64,000 nt of DNA. Origin: an uncultured Thermoanaerobaculia bacterium. Lineage in GTDB: Bacteria; Acidobacteriota; Thermoanaerobaculia; Thermoanaerobaculales; Sulfomarinibacteraceae. The stretch is from assembly GCA_964552395.1 (NCBI GenBank), contig CAZKGM010000003.1, forward strand, positions 50,030 to 114,029, in the 5' to 3' direction. Positions 35,741 through 45,595 of this stretch are shown here, one piece after another (within the stretch, counting starts at the first letter, position 1; each line of letters opens with the position of its first letter). The notes beneath the pieces were generated by a model that was not told the DNA's origin, searched no databases, and was given only the letters and a program-made list of their open reading frames with translations. A program made the position numbers and the translations under genes.

Positions 35741-37480
35741 CTACCGTCCCTCGAGAAAGCCGCAGGGACACTCTTCCCAGCACTTCTTGCAGCCGTCGCA
35801 CAGCTCGAGCTTAACCTCAAAGAAGTCGCCCATGCAGGGCTCGGAGACCTTCTTGAAGCAGTTGTTCTGGCAGTACATCCAGCAGTTCTCGCAGTCAAAG
35901 CAGAGGCCGCAGCTGAAGCACCGCGTCACCTCCTCGAGCGCCTGCTCGGCAGTAACCCCGAGGTCGACCTCGTCGAGCGGCCTCGCCAGCCGCTCCGCCG
36001 GACCCAGCTGCTTGCGCTCGGCGCGCGTCTTCGCCTCGTACCAGGCCATCTTGATCTTTTCGGGACCGATCGTGGATCTGGAGTCGTCGTTCGGAAGCGC
36101 AAGCCCCCGAAGCGCGGCGTGGATCGATTCGGCCGCCTTCCGGCCCTGGCCGATGGAGGTCGTGGCGATCCCCAGGTTGAGGTTGTCACCTCCGGTCCAG
36201 ACACCGTCAGTCGAGGTGCGGCCCCAGTCGTCCGCCTGCAGCCAGCCGTCGCCCAGCTCGTCGGAGCCGAGAACGTCGAGTGCCGGCTTCTGGCTGACCG
36301 CGGTGATCACGGTCTCGACCGGCAGCTCGTAGGTGTCGCCCTCGATCGGCACCGGCCGCCGGCGGCCGGACTCATCGGGCTCGCCGAGCTCCATGCGCTG
36401 CACGAGGATGGCTCGCACCGCCCCATCGGCGTCGCGCAGGATCTCCTTCGGTGCAGCGAGGAACTCGATGCCGATCCCCTCTTCCAGAGCCTCGTCGATT
36501 TCGCGCTCGATGGCCGGCATTTCGACACGGGTGCGGCGGTAGAGGATCGTGACGTCGGCGCCCATCCTCTTGGAGATCGCCGCCGAGTCGAAGATCAGGC
36601 GCTTGGAGACGCGCGCCGCGTCGATCGCGGTGTCGCCACCGCCGATCACGACCACTCTGCCGCCGAGCTCGACCTCCTTGCCGGAGTTCACGTGGTTGAG
36701 GAACTCGGTCCCGGTCCAGATCCCGGGGCCGTCCTCGCCCGGCACGCCGAGGTTCTTGCCGCGGTGGGCACCGATGGCGACGTAGATCGCCGCGTAATCG
36801 CGGCGCAGCTCGTCAAAGGCGATGTCCTTGCCCGCGGTGACGCCGCAGCGGATGTCGACGCCGGCGTCGGCGATGCGCTGGATCTCGGCGTCGAGCACCT
36901 CTCTCGGGAGGCGGTAGACGGGGATGCCGTAGCGCAGCATGCCGCCCGCCCGTGGCAGGCTCTCAAAGACGGTCACCGCATAGCCCCGCCGCGCCATTTG
37001 GTAGGCACAGGACAGCCCCGACGGCCCGCCGCCGATGACCGCGATCTTCTCTGTGAACGGCCCGCCGACGTCGAGCGCGGGCAGCTCGAGGCCTCGCTCC
37101 AGACCCCAGTCGCCGATGTGCCTCTCGACCGCATTGATGGCAACCGCGCCATCCTTCTCCTTGCGGTTACATTCGCCTTCGCACGGGTGCGGACAGACGC
37201 GGCCCATGATGGCCGGGAACGGGTTGGTCTCGACCTCCAGCCGCCACGCGCGGTCCGACGCCTCCTCCAACGTCAGGCCGAGCTTCTCCCGGTGCGCGAG
37301 AGTCGTCAGCCAGCCCCGGATATCGTTCCCCGACGGGCAGTGACCGATACACGGCGCCAACTTCTCGATCGCGATCGGACGCAGCGGCGAGATTTGCGAG
37401 CCCGAGCCTCCGCCGCTCGAAGTCAGCCGCGCCATGCGGCTCTTTGATCTTTCTGTGTCCTTCTTCTTCAGAAGACCCAT
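35741..37480 (-). CDS. dsrL: DsrL, NAD(P)H FeS flavoprotein (YRR motif, DsrL-2-like)
   Basis: APCIGHCP and GRVCPHPCE, GGGPSG FAD motif, GGGDTA, ILYRR, C-terminal 2x[4Fe-4S] ferredoxin; dsr context. Confidence 0.9.
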   Translation of the reverse strand: MGLLKKKDTERSKSRMARLTSSGGGSGSQISPLRPIAIEKLAPCIGHCPSGNDIRGWLTTLAHREKLGLTLEEASDRAWRLEVETNPFPAIMGRVCPHPCEGECNRKEKDGAVAINAVERHIGDWGLERGLELPALDVGGPFTEKIAVIGGGPSGLSCAYQMARRGYAVTVFESLPRAGGMLRYGIPVYRLPREVLDAEIQRIADAGVDIRCGVTAGKDIAFDELRRDYAAIYVAIGAHRGKNLGVPGEDGPGIWTGTEFLNHVNSGKEVELGGRVVVIGGGDTAIDAARVSKRLIFDSAAISKRMGADVTILYRRTRVEMPAIEREIDEALEEGIGIEFLAAPKEILRDADGAVRAILVQRMELGEPDESGRRRPVPIEGDTYELPVETVITAVSQKPALDVLGSDELGDGWLQADDWGRTSTDGVWTGGDNLNLGIATTSIGQGRKAAESIHAALRGLALPNDDSRSTIGPEKIKMAWYEAKTRAERKQLGPAERLARPLDEVDLGVTAEQALEEVTRCFSCGLCFDCENCWMYCQNNCFKKVSEPCMGDFFEVKLELCDGCKKCWEECPCGFLEGR

Positions 37481-37519
37481 GGAATCGCCTCCCCGGACCC
37501 CACTCCCGTCCGTCGAACG

Positions 37520-37960
37520 TTACGCGTACGGGTACAAGTTTTTCTTGAACTCCTCGAGCTGGCCGAGGATGTGGTCGTGCTTCTCCTCATCGACGATCAG
37601 GTAGTCGAGCAGCGAGCGCTGTACGAAGAAACGGCACTCCTCCTTCAGCTTCTTGGCCAGCTCGATGGTCTCGCGCTCCACCTGGTCGTGGGCCTCGATA
37701 GCATCCCACACCTCGGCGAGGTCCTCAGGTGTCAGCTGGACCGGCGTTGTCGTCAGCGAGTCGATGATGAACTGCTGCACGCGATGGTGCTGTACCGAGT
37801 CGTTGCGGATGATCTCCATGAACTGCCGGATCAGGAGGTTGTTGGTTCTCTCCATGATCTCGGCCGTGGTCTCGACCGCGTCGCGCTCGAGAGCCTGCCA
37901 CTTGCGCAGCATCGCCACCATTTCCGAAACGCGCTCAGGACCCTTTGCGGATGTCGTCAT
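37520..37960 (-). CDS. Ferritin/rubrerythrin-like four-helix protein
   Basis: Duplicated helix pairs LERDA...NDSVQHH and VERET...DEEKH; AAGGAGG RBS. Confidence 0.7.
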   Translation of the reverse strand: MTTSAKGPERVSEMVAMLRKWQALERDAVETTAEIMERTNNLLIRQFMEIIRNDSVQHHRVQQFIIDSLTTTPVQLTPEDLAEVWDAIEAHDQVERETIELAKKLKEECRFFVQRSLLDYLIVDEEKHDHILGQLEEFKKNLYPYA

Positions 37961-38026
37961 GCTGCCCTCCTTGGCAGAGATCAAATGCGGGGGCCGGGGG
38001 CACCCGGCCCCCGCAGGGTGTCAGCA

Positions 38027-38275
38027 TCAGCCGCCCGAGCCCTCCTCCGGCGGCAGGGTGATGAAGGAACCGCCGAAGTAGCTGTAGATGCAGCGCCCGG
38101 AGTCGATCAGCTGCCGGATCGCGAGCTTGCACAGCTTCTTGTCGACGGCGTCGTCGCCGAACTTTTCGATCATGGCCTTGGTCAGGTCCATGGCCTTCAG
38201 GTTCTTCTTGCCATGTGTGACCTTGACCAGGTCGAACATGGCCTGGGCCACCTCATCGACTATGGGCTGACTCAT
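38027..38275 (-). CDS. dsrD: DsrD
   Basis: 82 aa directly after dsrB; K..KKNLK..DL and LIDSGRCIYSYFGGSF. Confidence 0.88.
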   Translation of the reverse strand: MSQPIVDEVAQAMFDLVKVTHGKKNLKAMDLTKAMIEKFGDDAVDKKLCKLAIRQLIDSGRCIYSYFGGSFITLPPEEGSGG

Positions 38276-38284
38276 GACCGCCTC

Positions 38285-39361
38285 CTAGTGCTTCAGCTGG
38301 GTCGACCGCTTGTAGGTCTCCCCGGCATGCCTGAAGTCATCGATGTGGTACTTGGTGAACGGAATCCCGGTGATGTCGAAGAACCGGGGCCAGCCGATGC
38401 GCTCGATCCACTCACCCATCCGCTCATGCTTCTGAGCGTTCTCGGCATACACGTTGACGAGCTTGACCACGGCGTCCACAACCTCCGGCCACCGGGGCGG
38501 GTTGTTGGGGATGAAGGGGATGGCCAGCTTGGAGAACATGGGCTCGTGGCGGGCGTTGGAGACCTTGCCGCCGACCCAGATGGAGATGCCGTCGGCCTCG
38601 GCGTTGTTGATCTGCATCGCCGGGCAGACGGTGTAGCAGTTGCCGCAGTACATGCACTGCGCCTCTTCGACCTCCACCGACTGCTTGCCGTCGATGGTGG
38701 CCGGACGGATGGCGCCGGTCGGGCACGAGGAAACGAGCGTCGGGATCTCACACATCTTCGGCAGGTTCTCGTGATCGATCTTGGGCGCCTTGCGATGGAT
38801 TCCCAGCACCGAGATGTCGGAGCAGTGGACGGCGCCGCACATGTTGAGGCAGCAGGCGAACGCGATCCGCAGCTTCGCCGGCAGGTTCATGTTGACAAAG
38901 TGCGGGTACAGCTCGTCCATGATCGCCTTGACCACGCCGGAGGCGTCGGTCGCTGAGGAGTGGCAGTGAACCCAGCCCTGGGTGTGGACGATCGATGAGA
39001 TCGCGTTGCCGGTGCCGCCGACCGGGAAGCCGAGCTCATGCAGCTCCTCCTTCAAGGCGGCGATCTTCGACTTGTCGGTGAGCAGGAACTCCACGTTGTG
39101 GCGGCTCGTCCAGCGGAGATGCCCGCCACAGTACTTGTCCGCGAGCCCCGCGAATGCTCGAATTGTAACGGTGCTCAGAAGACGTGGGGTACCCGCCCGC
39201 ACCGTGTAGAGCTTGTCACCCGACTCCGCCACATGAACCATCACACCCGGCTCGAGGATCTCGTGGTAGGCCCACGTGCCGTAGTTCTTCTTGATGATTG
39301 GCGGAAGGAACTGCCTGAAGTCCGGGGGACCGATGTCGGTCTTTCTCTCTGCTACAGCCAT
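38285..39361 (-). CDS. dsrB: Dissimilatory sulfite reductase beta subunit
   Basis: [62 protein letters not shown]. Confidence 0.97.
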   Translation of the reverse strand: MAVAERKTDIGPPDFRQFLPPIIKKNYGTWAYHEILEPGVMVHVAESGDKLYTVRAGTPRLLSTVTIRAFAGLADKYCGGHLRWTSRHNVEFLLTDKSKIAALKEELHELGFPVGGTGNAISSIVHTQGWVHCHSSATDASGVVKAIMDELYPHFVNMNLPAKLRIAFACCLNMCGAVHCSDISVLGIHRKAPKIDHENLPKMCEIPTLVSSCPTGAIRPATIDGKQSVEVEEAQCMYCGNCYTVCPAMQINNAEADGISIWVGGKVSNARHEPMFSKLAIPFIPNNPPRWPEVVDAVVKLVNVYAENAQKHERMGEWIERIGWPRFFDITGIPFTKYHIDDFRHAGETYKRSTQLKH

Positions 39362-39377
39362 GGATTCCTCCCTTTCC

Positions 39378-40571
39378 TCACTGATCCTCGTCTTCGAGCT
39401 CGTCCTCGAAGAAGATGTAGGGGTTGGTACGCGGATGGGCGACCATCTCGGGCGTCGGCTCGAGACCGATCTCCTCGAGGAAGTTCCCCAGGCCAACGCG
39501 CTGGATAAACTCGCCGACGCGCTCGCGGTTCTTGCCGTACTCGCCCCAGAAGTCCCAGATCGCCTCGGCGAGCTCCTTGAGGTCCTCGTACGGTGGCTTC
39601 ATCTCGAGGAACGGCACGAACACCGCCGACAGCAGAGCGCCGCCGATGATCGGCGCCTTGGCGCCAATCAGGATCGTCGCGCCCCGCTCCTTGCCGGGCC
39701 TCAGCGCCTTCGGCATCACGTTGATGCAGTGCATGCACTTGACGCACTCGGAGTTGTCGATGTCGAGGCTCTTGCCGTCCCACTGGATGCAGTGCGTCGG
39801 GCAGAGCCTGCAGATCTCGTTCCGGATATCGACGCCGTCCGCCGCGTACTTCTGCACCTGCTCCTGGTCGACCTGGATGTCGTCCTTCCAGGTGCCTATG
39901 ATCGACATGTCCGAGCGGGCCACGGAGGCCACGCAGTCGTTCGGGCAACCGGAGAACTTGAACTTGTACTTGTACGGGAACGCCGGCCGGTGCAGCTCGT
40001 CCTGGTAGCTGTGGGTGATGTCGTTGCAGGCATCCAGAGTGTCGTAGCACGCCCACTCGCAGCGGCCGGGGCCGACGCAGCAGCTCGGCGTCCGCACGTC
40101 GGAGCCCGAGCCGCCGAGGTCGAAGCCGTGCGCGGTGAGGTCGGCAAAGCAGGGCTCCAGCGCCTCGGTCTTCGACCCCAGGAAGATGATGTCGCCGGTG
40201 GAGCCGTGCATGTTGGTCAGACCGGAGCCGTGCCGCTCCCAGATATCGCACAACGTACGAAGCACCTCGGAGGTGTAGAACCAGCCGGCGGGCTGGTTGA
40301 CGCGGTAGGTGTGGAACGCCGCAACCTCCGGAAACTCCTCCGGTAGGTCGGAGTACCGGCCGATGACGCCGCCGCCGTAGCCCATGACGCCAACCAGGCC
40401 GCCGTGCTTCCAGTGGCTGATCTTGTCCTCAAACGACCGCTCGAGCTGGCCGAGCGTGTCGCGGGCCATGGGGTTTGTCTCCGCGCTTTTCTTGATCTCC
40501 TTGACGAAGCTCGGCCACGGCCCTTTGTCGAGCTCGTCAAGCAGCGGGGTTGCTCTATTCTTCTCACTCAT
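39378..40571 (-). CDS. dsrA: Dissimilatory sulfite reductase alpha subunit
   Basis: [71 protein letters not shown]. Confidence 0.98.
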   Translation of the reverse strand: MSEKNRATPLLDELDKGPWPSFVKEIKKSAETNPMARDTLGQLERSFEDKISHWKHGGLVGVMGYGGGVIGRYSDLPEEFPEVAAFHTYRVNQPAGWFYTSEVLRTLCDIWERHGSGLTNMHGSTGDIIFLGSKTEALEPCFADLTAHGFDLGGSGSDVRTPSCCVGPGRCEWACYDTLDACNDITHSYQDELHRPAFPYKYKFKFSGCPNDCVASVARSDMSIIGTWKDDIQVDQEQVQKYAADGVDIRNEICRLCPTHCIQWDGKSLDIDNSECVKCMHCINVMPKALRPGKERGATILIGAKAPIIGGALLSAVFVPFLEMKPPYEDLKELAEAIWDFWGEYGKNRERVGEFIQRVGLGNFLEEIGLEPTPEMVAHPRTNPYIFFEDELEDEDQ

Positions 40572-40589
40572 GTCGACTCCTTTCCCAGA

Positions 40590-42173
40590 TCAGATCTTTG
40601 ACCAATAGCCTGAGAAGACTACTGTTGACAGGAAGTAGCCCAGAGGCACATTGACGAGCACCCCGGCCGTGAACGCCCAGAACGGCTTGAGGCCGAAGTT
40701 GGCGAGCTCGGCGAACCGCGTCGACAGCCCGATGCAAAGGAAGCAGAGCACGAAAGCCCACGACCGCAGCTTCTTCACCGGCGCGATGACCTTCGGGTTG
40801 AGCTCGCTCTCGAACCAATCGGACTTGTACCTCAGCTGGGTGAGCGCCCAGCGCTGACCCTCGCTGGTCGCAACGCCGCGAAGAACGTTGAACTCCTTCA
40901 GCGACATGTGACCCGCGAACGTGATCACGCCCTTCTCGGCCTGGTACTGGAACTTCCCGGCCAGTGACTCGGGCACAGCGTAGGTGGAGAAGTCGGCGCT
41001 GTACTTCGTCTTCCCGGCCTTCGACGAGAAGGTCCCGTCCACCTTGGCCGTCCCGATGTATCCGGGCGGCGGCGCCGCCGAGACCGCGCTCATGATGACC
41101 GAGGCCGCGAAGAACCCGAGAACGAACTTCGGGAACCTCTCCCAGATCACCCCCGCCCCGACGCTCGAGCGTGTTCCCTCCGTATTGCGCTCCCAGAACA
41201 TCACCGACACTACCGACAGGAGTAGGCACCAGATGCCGATCCAGATGTCGCGGCCGATGACCTTCATCAGCGTGAAGGTGTTGATCGGCGAGTCGCCGAA
41301 CTTGGTGGCGAGCTCGGCGACGACGGCGAACCCGGCCGCGTCCGCGAACTCGGACGTACCGATCCAGGCGCCCGCTTCACCGGGACTGATGGTGTGCGGA
41401 ACCATGGCCTTACAGACGAATGTCAGGGTGAAGATCATCACGATTGCCCAGATCGAGACGACGCCGATGCCGATTGCGATATGGTCCTTGTCGGCACGTA
41501 CTGAACCGCCGACGGCAATCGAGGCTGACACGCCGCAAACTGCCCCGCCGGCGCCGAGAACAGCGCCGAAGCGCGGATCCAGCTTGAACACCTTGGTCGC
41601 AACCAGGAAGATCACCAGCCACGTCGTGACCGCGACGATCGTCGCCTGGACGAAGGCGATCGGACCGGCCGAGAAGATCAGGGTCAGCGGCAGTGTGGCG
41701 CCGAGCAGGACGATACCGGTCTTGATGTAGTACTCGGTGCGCAACGAGGTCTTGAACCACTCGGGCACCTTGATGATGTTGCCGATGATAAGGCCGATGA
41801 TGAGCGCGAGCAGCGGCGCGCCGAGATCGTAGCGCTTCATCACCTCCCAGCCCGCGAGGTAGAAGACCACGAGCGAGCCGAGGAAGAGAATGATGTAGCC
41901 AGGAATGAACTCCGACAGTTTGCGGCCCATGATCTTCATCGAGATCGTGAACACGACCCCGAAGACGAGGAAGACCACCGCGACGCCACCAATGTGCTTG
42001 GAAAAGTCAGCGCCCAGCTGGGAGAGGTTGCCCCACGTCCCAGGAGTGACCGCCCAGCCCTTGATTGTCGCGCCGAAGGCATAGGTGATGAGCGCAAGCC
42101 CCATCAGGCCGAGGCCCAGCCACACCGCCCACCAGTCCTCCGTCTTCCAAAGCTTTTCCAACGCCTTTCCCAT
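40590..42173 (-). CDS. YeiH/PSE-family putative sulfur-oxyanion transporter
   Basis: EDWWAVWLG, EYYIKTGIVLLGA, GGAVCGVSA, WIGTSEFADAAG, KVIGRDIWIG, IGLSTRF. Stop lies 19 bp before the dsrA start. Confidence 0.88.
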   Translation of the reverse strand: MGKALEKLWKTEDWWAVWLGLGLMGLALITYAFGATIKGWAVTPGTWGNLSQLGADFSKHIGGVAVVFLVFGVVFTISMKIMGRKLSEFIPGYIILFLGSLVVFYLAGWEVMKRYDLGAPLLALIIGLIIGNIIKVPEWFKTSLRTEYYIKTGIVLLGATLPLTLIFSAGPIAFVQATIVAVTTWLVIFLVATKVFKLDPRFGAVLGAGGAVCGVSASIAVGGSVRADKDHIAIGIGVVSIWAIVMIFTLTFVCKAMVPHTISPGEAGAWIGTSEFADAAGFAVVAELATKFGDSPINTFTLMKVIGRDIWIGIWCLLLSVVSVMFWERNTEGTRSSVGAGVIWERFPKFVLGFFAASVIMSAVSAAPPPGYIGTAKVDGTFSSKAGKTKYSADFSTYAVPESLAGKFQYQAEKGVITFAGHMSLKEFNVLRGVATSEGQRWALTQLRYKSDWFESELNPKVIAPVKKLRSWAFVLCFLCIGLSTRFAELANFGLKPFWAFTAGVLVNVPLGYFLSTVVFSGYWSKI

Positions 42174-42224
42174 GTCCTCCTCCTTCTCCCCCGCGCGACA
42201 TCCACTCCTCCCCGTCGCGCAGAC

Positions 42225-42240
42225 TGCAACCCATGTGCCA
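42225..42240 (-). promoter_or_regulatory. sigma54 promoter of the yeiH-dsrABD...dsrC operon
   Basis: Reverse complement TGGCAC-ATGGG-TTGCA, a perfect consensus; AT-rich tract at about 42265-42295. Confidence 0.88.
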
Positions 42241-42334
42241 GTCGGGCGTTCCCGCAACCGACATGGAAAAGCTTGAAGATGCAGTTATTTATGGAGCCAA
42301 GCCACGATGCTGGCTGCGCGACGCCAGCTGGCCC

Positions 42335-42350
42335 GTTACCTGAGCGTAAC
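42335..42350. promoter_or_regulatory. Palindrome GTTAC-N6-GTAAC (candidate enhancer site 1)
   Basis: GTTAC-CTGAGC-GTAAC. A one-mismatch copy GTAAC-CGTCGG-GTAAC lies at 42438-42453. Confidence 0.75.
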
Positions 42351-42690
42351 CTGCAGGCTCAATGCGCTGAAGGAAAGACACTTGACCGGACAGAGCCAGC
42401 CCGCACCGCCGTTGCCGAGCGAGGCACAAACCGACCCGTAACCGTCGGGTAACAGCCTCTGCCCCCATGAGTCTGGTTCCACAGCAATCTCGATCTGTGG
42501 GCGGACTGAACCTGATCCCGCGCAAGGCGCACCAATCCCGCCAGCTGGACGCCCCACGCGAACGATGACTGGGTTGGCTGGATTCGCTCGCGATGCGCGC
42601 AGCACATCCATGGGAGCGCTTGCCGAGTAGCCCTCCCTTGGCGCTCGAGCGGTGGCTCGACGCCTCTCAGGGGCTACGCGGTGCGCGGTC

Positions 42691-44304
42691 CTAGTGGAAC
42701 TCCCACTCCAGGAAACCCTCGGGGATGTCGCTCATCGCGTTCACGATCAGCTCCACCAGGCCCCCGTACAGGATGCCGCAGCGGTCCCAGGCATCGTAGT
42801 AGGTCAGGAGGTCCCTCATCTGGCCCTTGCAGTTGGAGCACGGCGCGCACACATACTTGTGCGTCTCCGGCTCGATGCAGTCGGCGAACGCCTCCAAGAT
42901 CTGAATGAACTTGACCCGGCCCGCGACCCGGGTTCGCCAGTCCGGGAAGTTGAGAGACTGGCAGACGGCGAAGCCCGACCCGCCGCCACAGCAGAAGTTG
43001 TCGACGCCGTGGGGCTCCATCTCGCGGAAACGGGGCGCGATCTTGGCGAGAATGTTGCGCTGGGGCTGGATGATGCCCATCGAGCGCGTGATGTTGCACG
43101 GGTCGTGCAGGGTGACCGGGAAGTCGTTCCGCGAGGGGTCGAGGGGCAGCCTGCCGCTCAGGACCAGGTCTTCGAGTGTGACCAGGCAGCTCTCGGTGCG
43201 CACCCGCAGCGGGTCCGGGATGAGGCGGTCGGCGGCCGCCATCGTGGCCTTGTGGGCGTGGCCGCACTCACCCATCATGATCTTCTTCACCCCGAGCTTC
43301 TTGGCCACCTCATAGTGCTTGAGCGCAATCCGCGAGAACTGGATGTCATCGTAGAAGAGGCCGTAGTTGACGGAGTCGTACCCCACGAGCTCCGACGACA
43401 GCGTCCATTTGATGCCTGCCGCCTCGAGGATGATCGCGAACGCCTGCAGGTTCTCCGGCCATGACAGGAACTCGCCCGCGTTGTGCAGCACCAGGTAGTC
43501 GGCGCCCTCGACATCGAAGGGGATCTTGATGTCGAGCTTGGTCTTCTCCGTAATATCTTCTTCGGCGAACTCCATGATGTCCATCAGGCCGGCCGGATTG
43601 AGGCCGGTGGAGGAGCCCACCGCCATCTGCTTGACCGTCCCCAGCTCGTGCAGCTCGGGCATGGCGATTCCCAGCTCCTGGCTGAACAGCTTCCTGATCT
43701 CCCGCGTGAGGAGGCCGTTGTCGATCCCGATCGGGCACTGCTGGGCGCAGCGGCGACACAGGGTGCAGCGGTATGACAGCTCGGCGAGCTTGACCAGCGT
43801 TTCCCAGTCGAGCTCGATGTCGTTGCCGCGCAGCTTCGGAAACAGGTTGCCGCCTGGCTTGATGTAGCGGTCGACGATCTTGCGCAGGATCTCGGCGCGG
43901 AACGTCGGACGATACATTTCCATGTGCCCGGACGCCGTGTAGATCGGGCACGCCTCGGCGCAGGTCTGGCACTTGACGCAGTTCTCCATGGACACGAGAA
44001 GCGGCTGCAGGAAGGTCCAGTTGTTCTCCTTGGTCAAGAGCTTGCGCAAGCCGCTGAGGAACCCGGCCACCAGGCGCTCCTTCTCCTCCTCGCTTTTCGG
44101 CACCGGGATCTGGGCGCCGCACACACCATCCGGACCGACCTCGATCCTCGTGCGCTGGTCCTCGGTGATCTCCTTGATCGGCTCATCCACCCAGTCCTCG
44201 TAAGGAGGAGGCAGCGGCAGCAGGCGGGCAGGGTCGACGTCCTCGTTCTCGGCGAGAAAACGGAGCAGGTCTCCCTGCGATGCGATCCTCGGCCTCTCCA
44301 TCAC
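42691..44304 (-). CDS. DsrK/HmcF-like FeS protein with CCG domain
   Basis: CVKCQTCAEACP, CTLCRRCAQQCP, GECGHA, HDPCN, CCGGGSG, CSNC. Confidence 0.88.
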   Translation of the reverse strand: MMERPRIASQGDLLRFLAENEDVDPARLLPLPPPYEDWVDEPIKEITEDQRTRIEVGPDGVCGAQIPVPKSEEEKERLVAGFLSGLRKLLTKENNWTFLQPLLVSMENCVKCQTCAEACPIYTASGHMEMYRPTFRAEILRKIVDRYIKPGGNLFPKLRGNDIELDWETLVKLAELSYRCTLCRRCAQQCPIGIDNGLLTREIRKLFSQELGIAMPELHELGTVKQMAVGSSTGLNPAGLMDIMEFAEEDITEKTKLDIKIPFDVEGADYLVLHNAGEFLSWPENLQAFAIILEAAGIKWTLSSELVGYDSVNYGLFYDDIQFSRIALKHYEVAKKLGVKKIMMGECGHAHKATMAAADRLIPDPLRVRTESCLVTLEDLVLSGRLPLDPSRNDFPVTLHDPCNITRSMGIIQPQRNILAKIAPRFREMEPHGVDNFCCGGGSGFAVCQSLNFPDWRTRVAGRVKFIQILEAFADCIEPETHKYVCAPCSNCKGQMRDLLTYYDAWDRCGILYGGLVELIVNAMSDIPEGFLEWEFH

Positions 44305-45194
44305 TTTCCCCCCTTCGTGTCGTGCTCTGGCACCTCGGTCACGACCTCGGCCCAGCTGCGGCCGGTCTGGATGTGCGGCGCCGACCAGTCCATCCCGTAC
44401 TGCAGCGCCGCCTCCAGACGAGATGAGAACGGGCCTCCGGCCACGTACGGCCGATCATCCCACCGCACCTTGTGGTAGGTAAAGTACTTGGCGAAGAAGT
44501 GCACCATCCGCGTGTAGGGCATGTAGAGAACGAACAACGCACCCAGCGCCATCTGGAGCCCGAGGAGCGGCGTGACATCGAGTGGCTTCAAGCGCAGCAC
44601 GGAGGCGACCGCTGCGCCCGCGCCCGCCAGCCCATCGGTGACCACCACGGCCGTGCTCGCCGCCCCGAACGCCAACAACAGCAGGAGGTTGAGGCGATCC
44701 AGCGGCGTCGTGTACGGCCTCAGCTTGGGGCTCGACGAGCGCTCGATCAGGAGCACGGTTGCGCCCACGAGCAGCAGGCCGCCGCCGAAGCCGGCCAGCC
44801 ACGGGAGCACGATGCTCAGGATCGCCGGCGACCAGCCCAGCCCCTGTACGACGAGGCCCACCGTGGTGACGACGAGGAGGTAGAGCCCCCAGTGGAACGG
44901 CATCGATCCCCACCACAGGCTGCGGTTGTTCTTCCACACGCCCTTCAGCAGGACGATCTCCTCACCCATGGCGCTCACCTCTCCGACCAGGCTCGTCCGC
45001 CGCTTGTGGGTCCACCAGTCCTTTTCCTCGAGGTAGGAGCCGCCGTGATCCCGGCGCGGCTCGTGTGCCACGGGGTACAGATCCCACCTCAGATGCATCG
45101 GCGTCAGCGCATAGTGAAGCCCCTTCATGACACATCCCGCGATGAACCCGATAACTGCCACCCAGACCCACGCCAGCAAGCCGATCCCCGCCAT
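44301..45194 (-). CDS. DsrM/NarI-like membrane cytochrome b
   Basis: RWDLYPV, FHWG, PYTRMVHFF, about 5-6 TM; translationally coupled to the DsrK-like gene. Confidence 0.82.
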   Translation of the reverse strand: MAGIGLLAWVWVAVIGFIAGCVMKGLHYALTPMHLRWDLYPVAHEPRRDHGGSYLEEKDWWTHKRRTSLVGEVSAMGEEIVLLKGVWKNNRSLWWGSMPFHWGLYLLVVTTVGLVVQGLGWSPAILSIVLPWLAGFGGGLLLVGATVLLIERSSSPKLRPYTTPLDRLNLLLLLAFGAASTAVVVTDGLAGAGAAVASVLRLKPLDVTPLLGLQMALGALFVLYMPYTRMVHFFAKYFTYHKVRWDDRPYVAGGPFSSRLEAALQYGMDWSAPHIQTGRSWAEVVTEVPEHDTKGGK

Positions 45195-45240
45195 GAAACC
45201 TCCCCGGCCCGGCACCCGGCCGGACACCGCCGTTCGACCG

Positions 45241-45256
45241 AGCAAGTATCGTGCCG
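45241..45256 (-). promoter_or_regulatory. sigma54 promoter of the dsrM/K-like pair
   Basis: Reverse complement CGGCAC-GATAC-TTGCT. Confidence 0.82.
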
Positions 45257-45393
45257 TCTCAGCATCGGCACCACTCGGCGGCTGCGGCGAACCAGAGTGC
45301 ACGCAAGTGGCGCGGCACCCAGCCGTTGCCGACCGCTCGTCGCGCCTTCACGATCCAGCGCCTCGCCTGCAGACCGCCGCCGCCGGGCAAGCA

Positions 45394-45409
45394 GTTACGG
45401 AAAGGTAAC
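45394..45409. promoter_or_regulatory. Palindrome GTTAC-N6-GTAAC (candidate enhancer site 2)
   Basis: GTTAC-GGAAAG-GTAAC, 138 bp upstream of the -24 element. Confidence 0.75.
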
Positions 45410-45436
45410 GTGCCCCGGGCCCGGACCTTCATGCGC

Positions 45437-45478
45437 GATCCCAGCGAGACCGGCGAGACTTCTGTCAGCGCTGGGATC
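45437..45478. terminator. Hairpin downstream of the TVP38 gene
   Basis: GATCCCAGCG...CGCTGGGATC inverted repeat; no clear U-tract. Confidence 0.35.
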
Positions 45479-45595
45479 TGAGCGTCGAGCTGCCGCAGGC
45501 ATACTTGACGGTATGTTGAGGACAGCGAGGCGTGAAGGGCACCGCGATGGCTGGCGTATCGCCGGCCGCGGTAGATCGCGAGTGAATGATCTGGG

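Noticed and set aside
42691-45194. Assigning the gene symbols dsrK and dsrM
   Set aside because: Motifs cannot separate DsrMK from HmcEF-like paralogs without a phylogeny.
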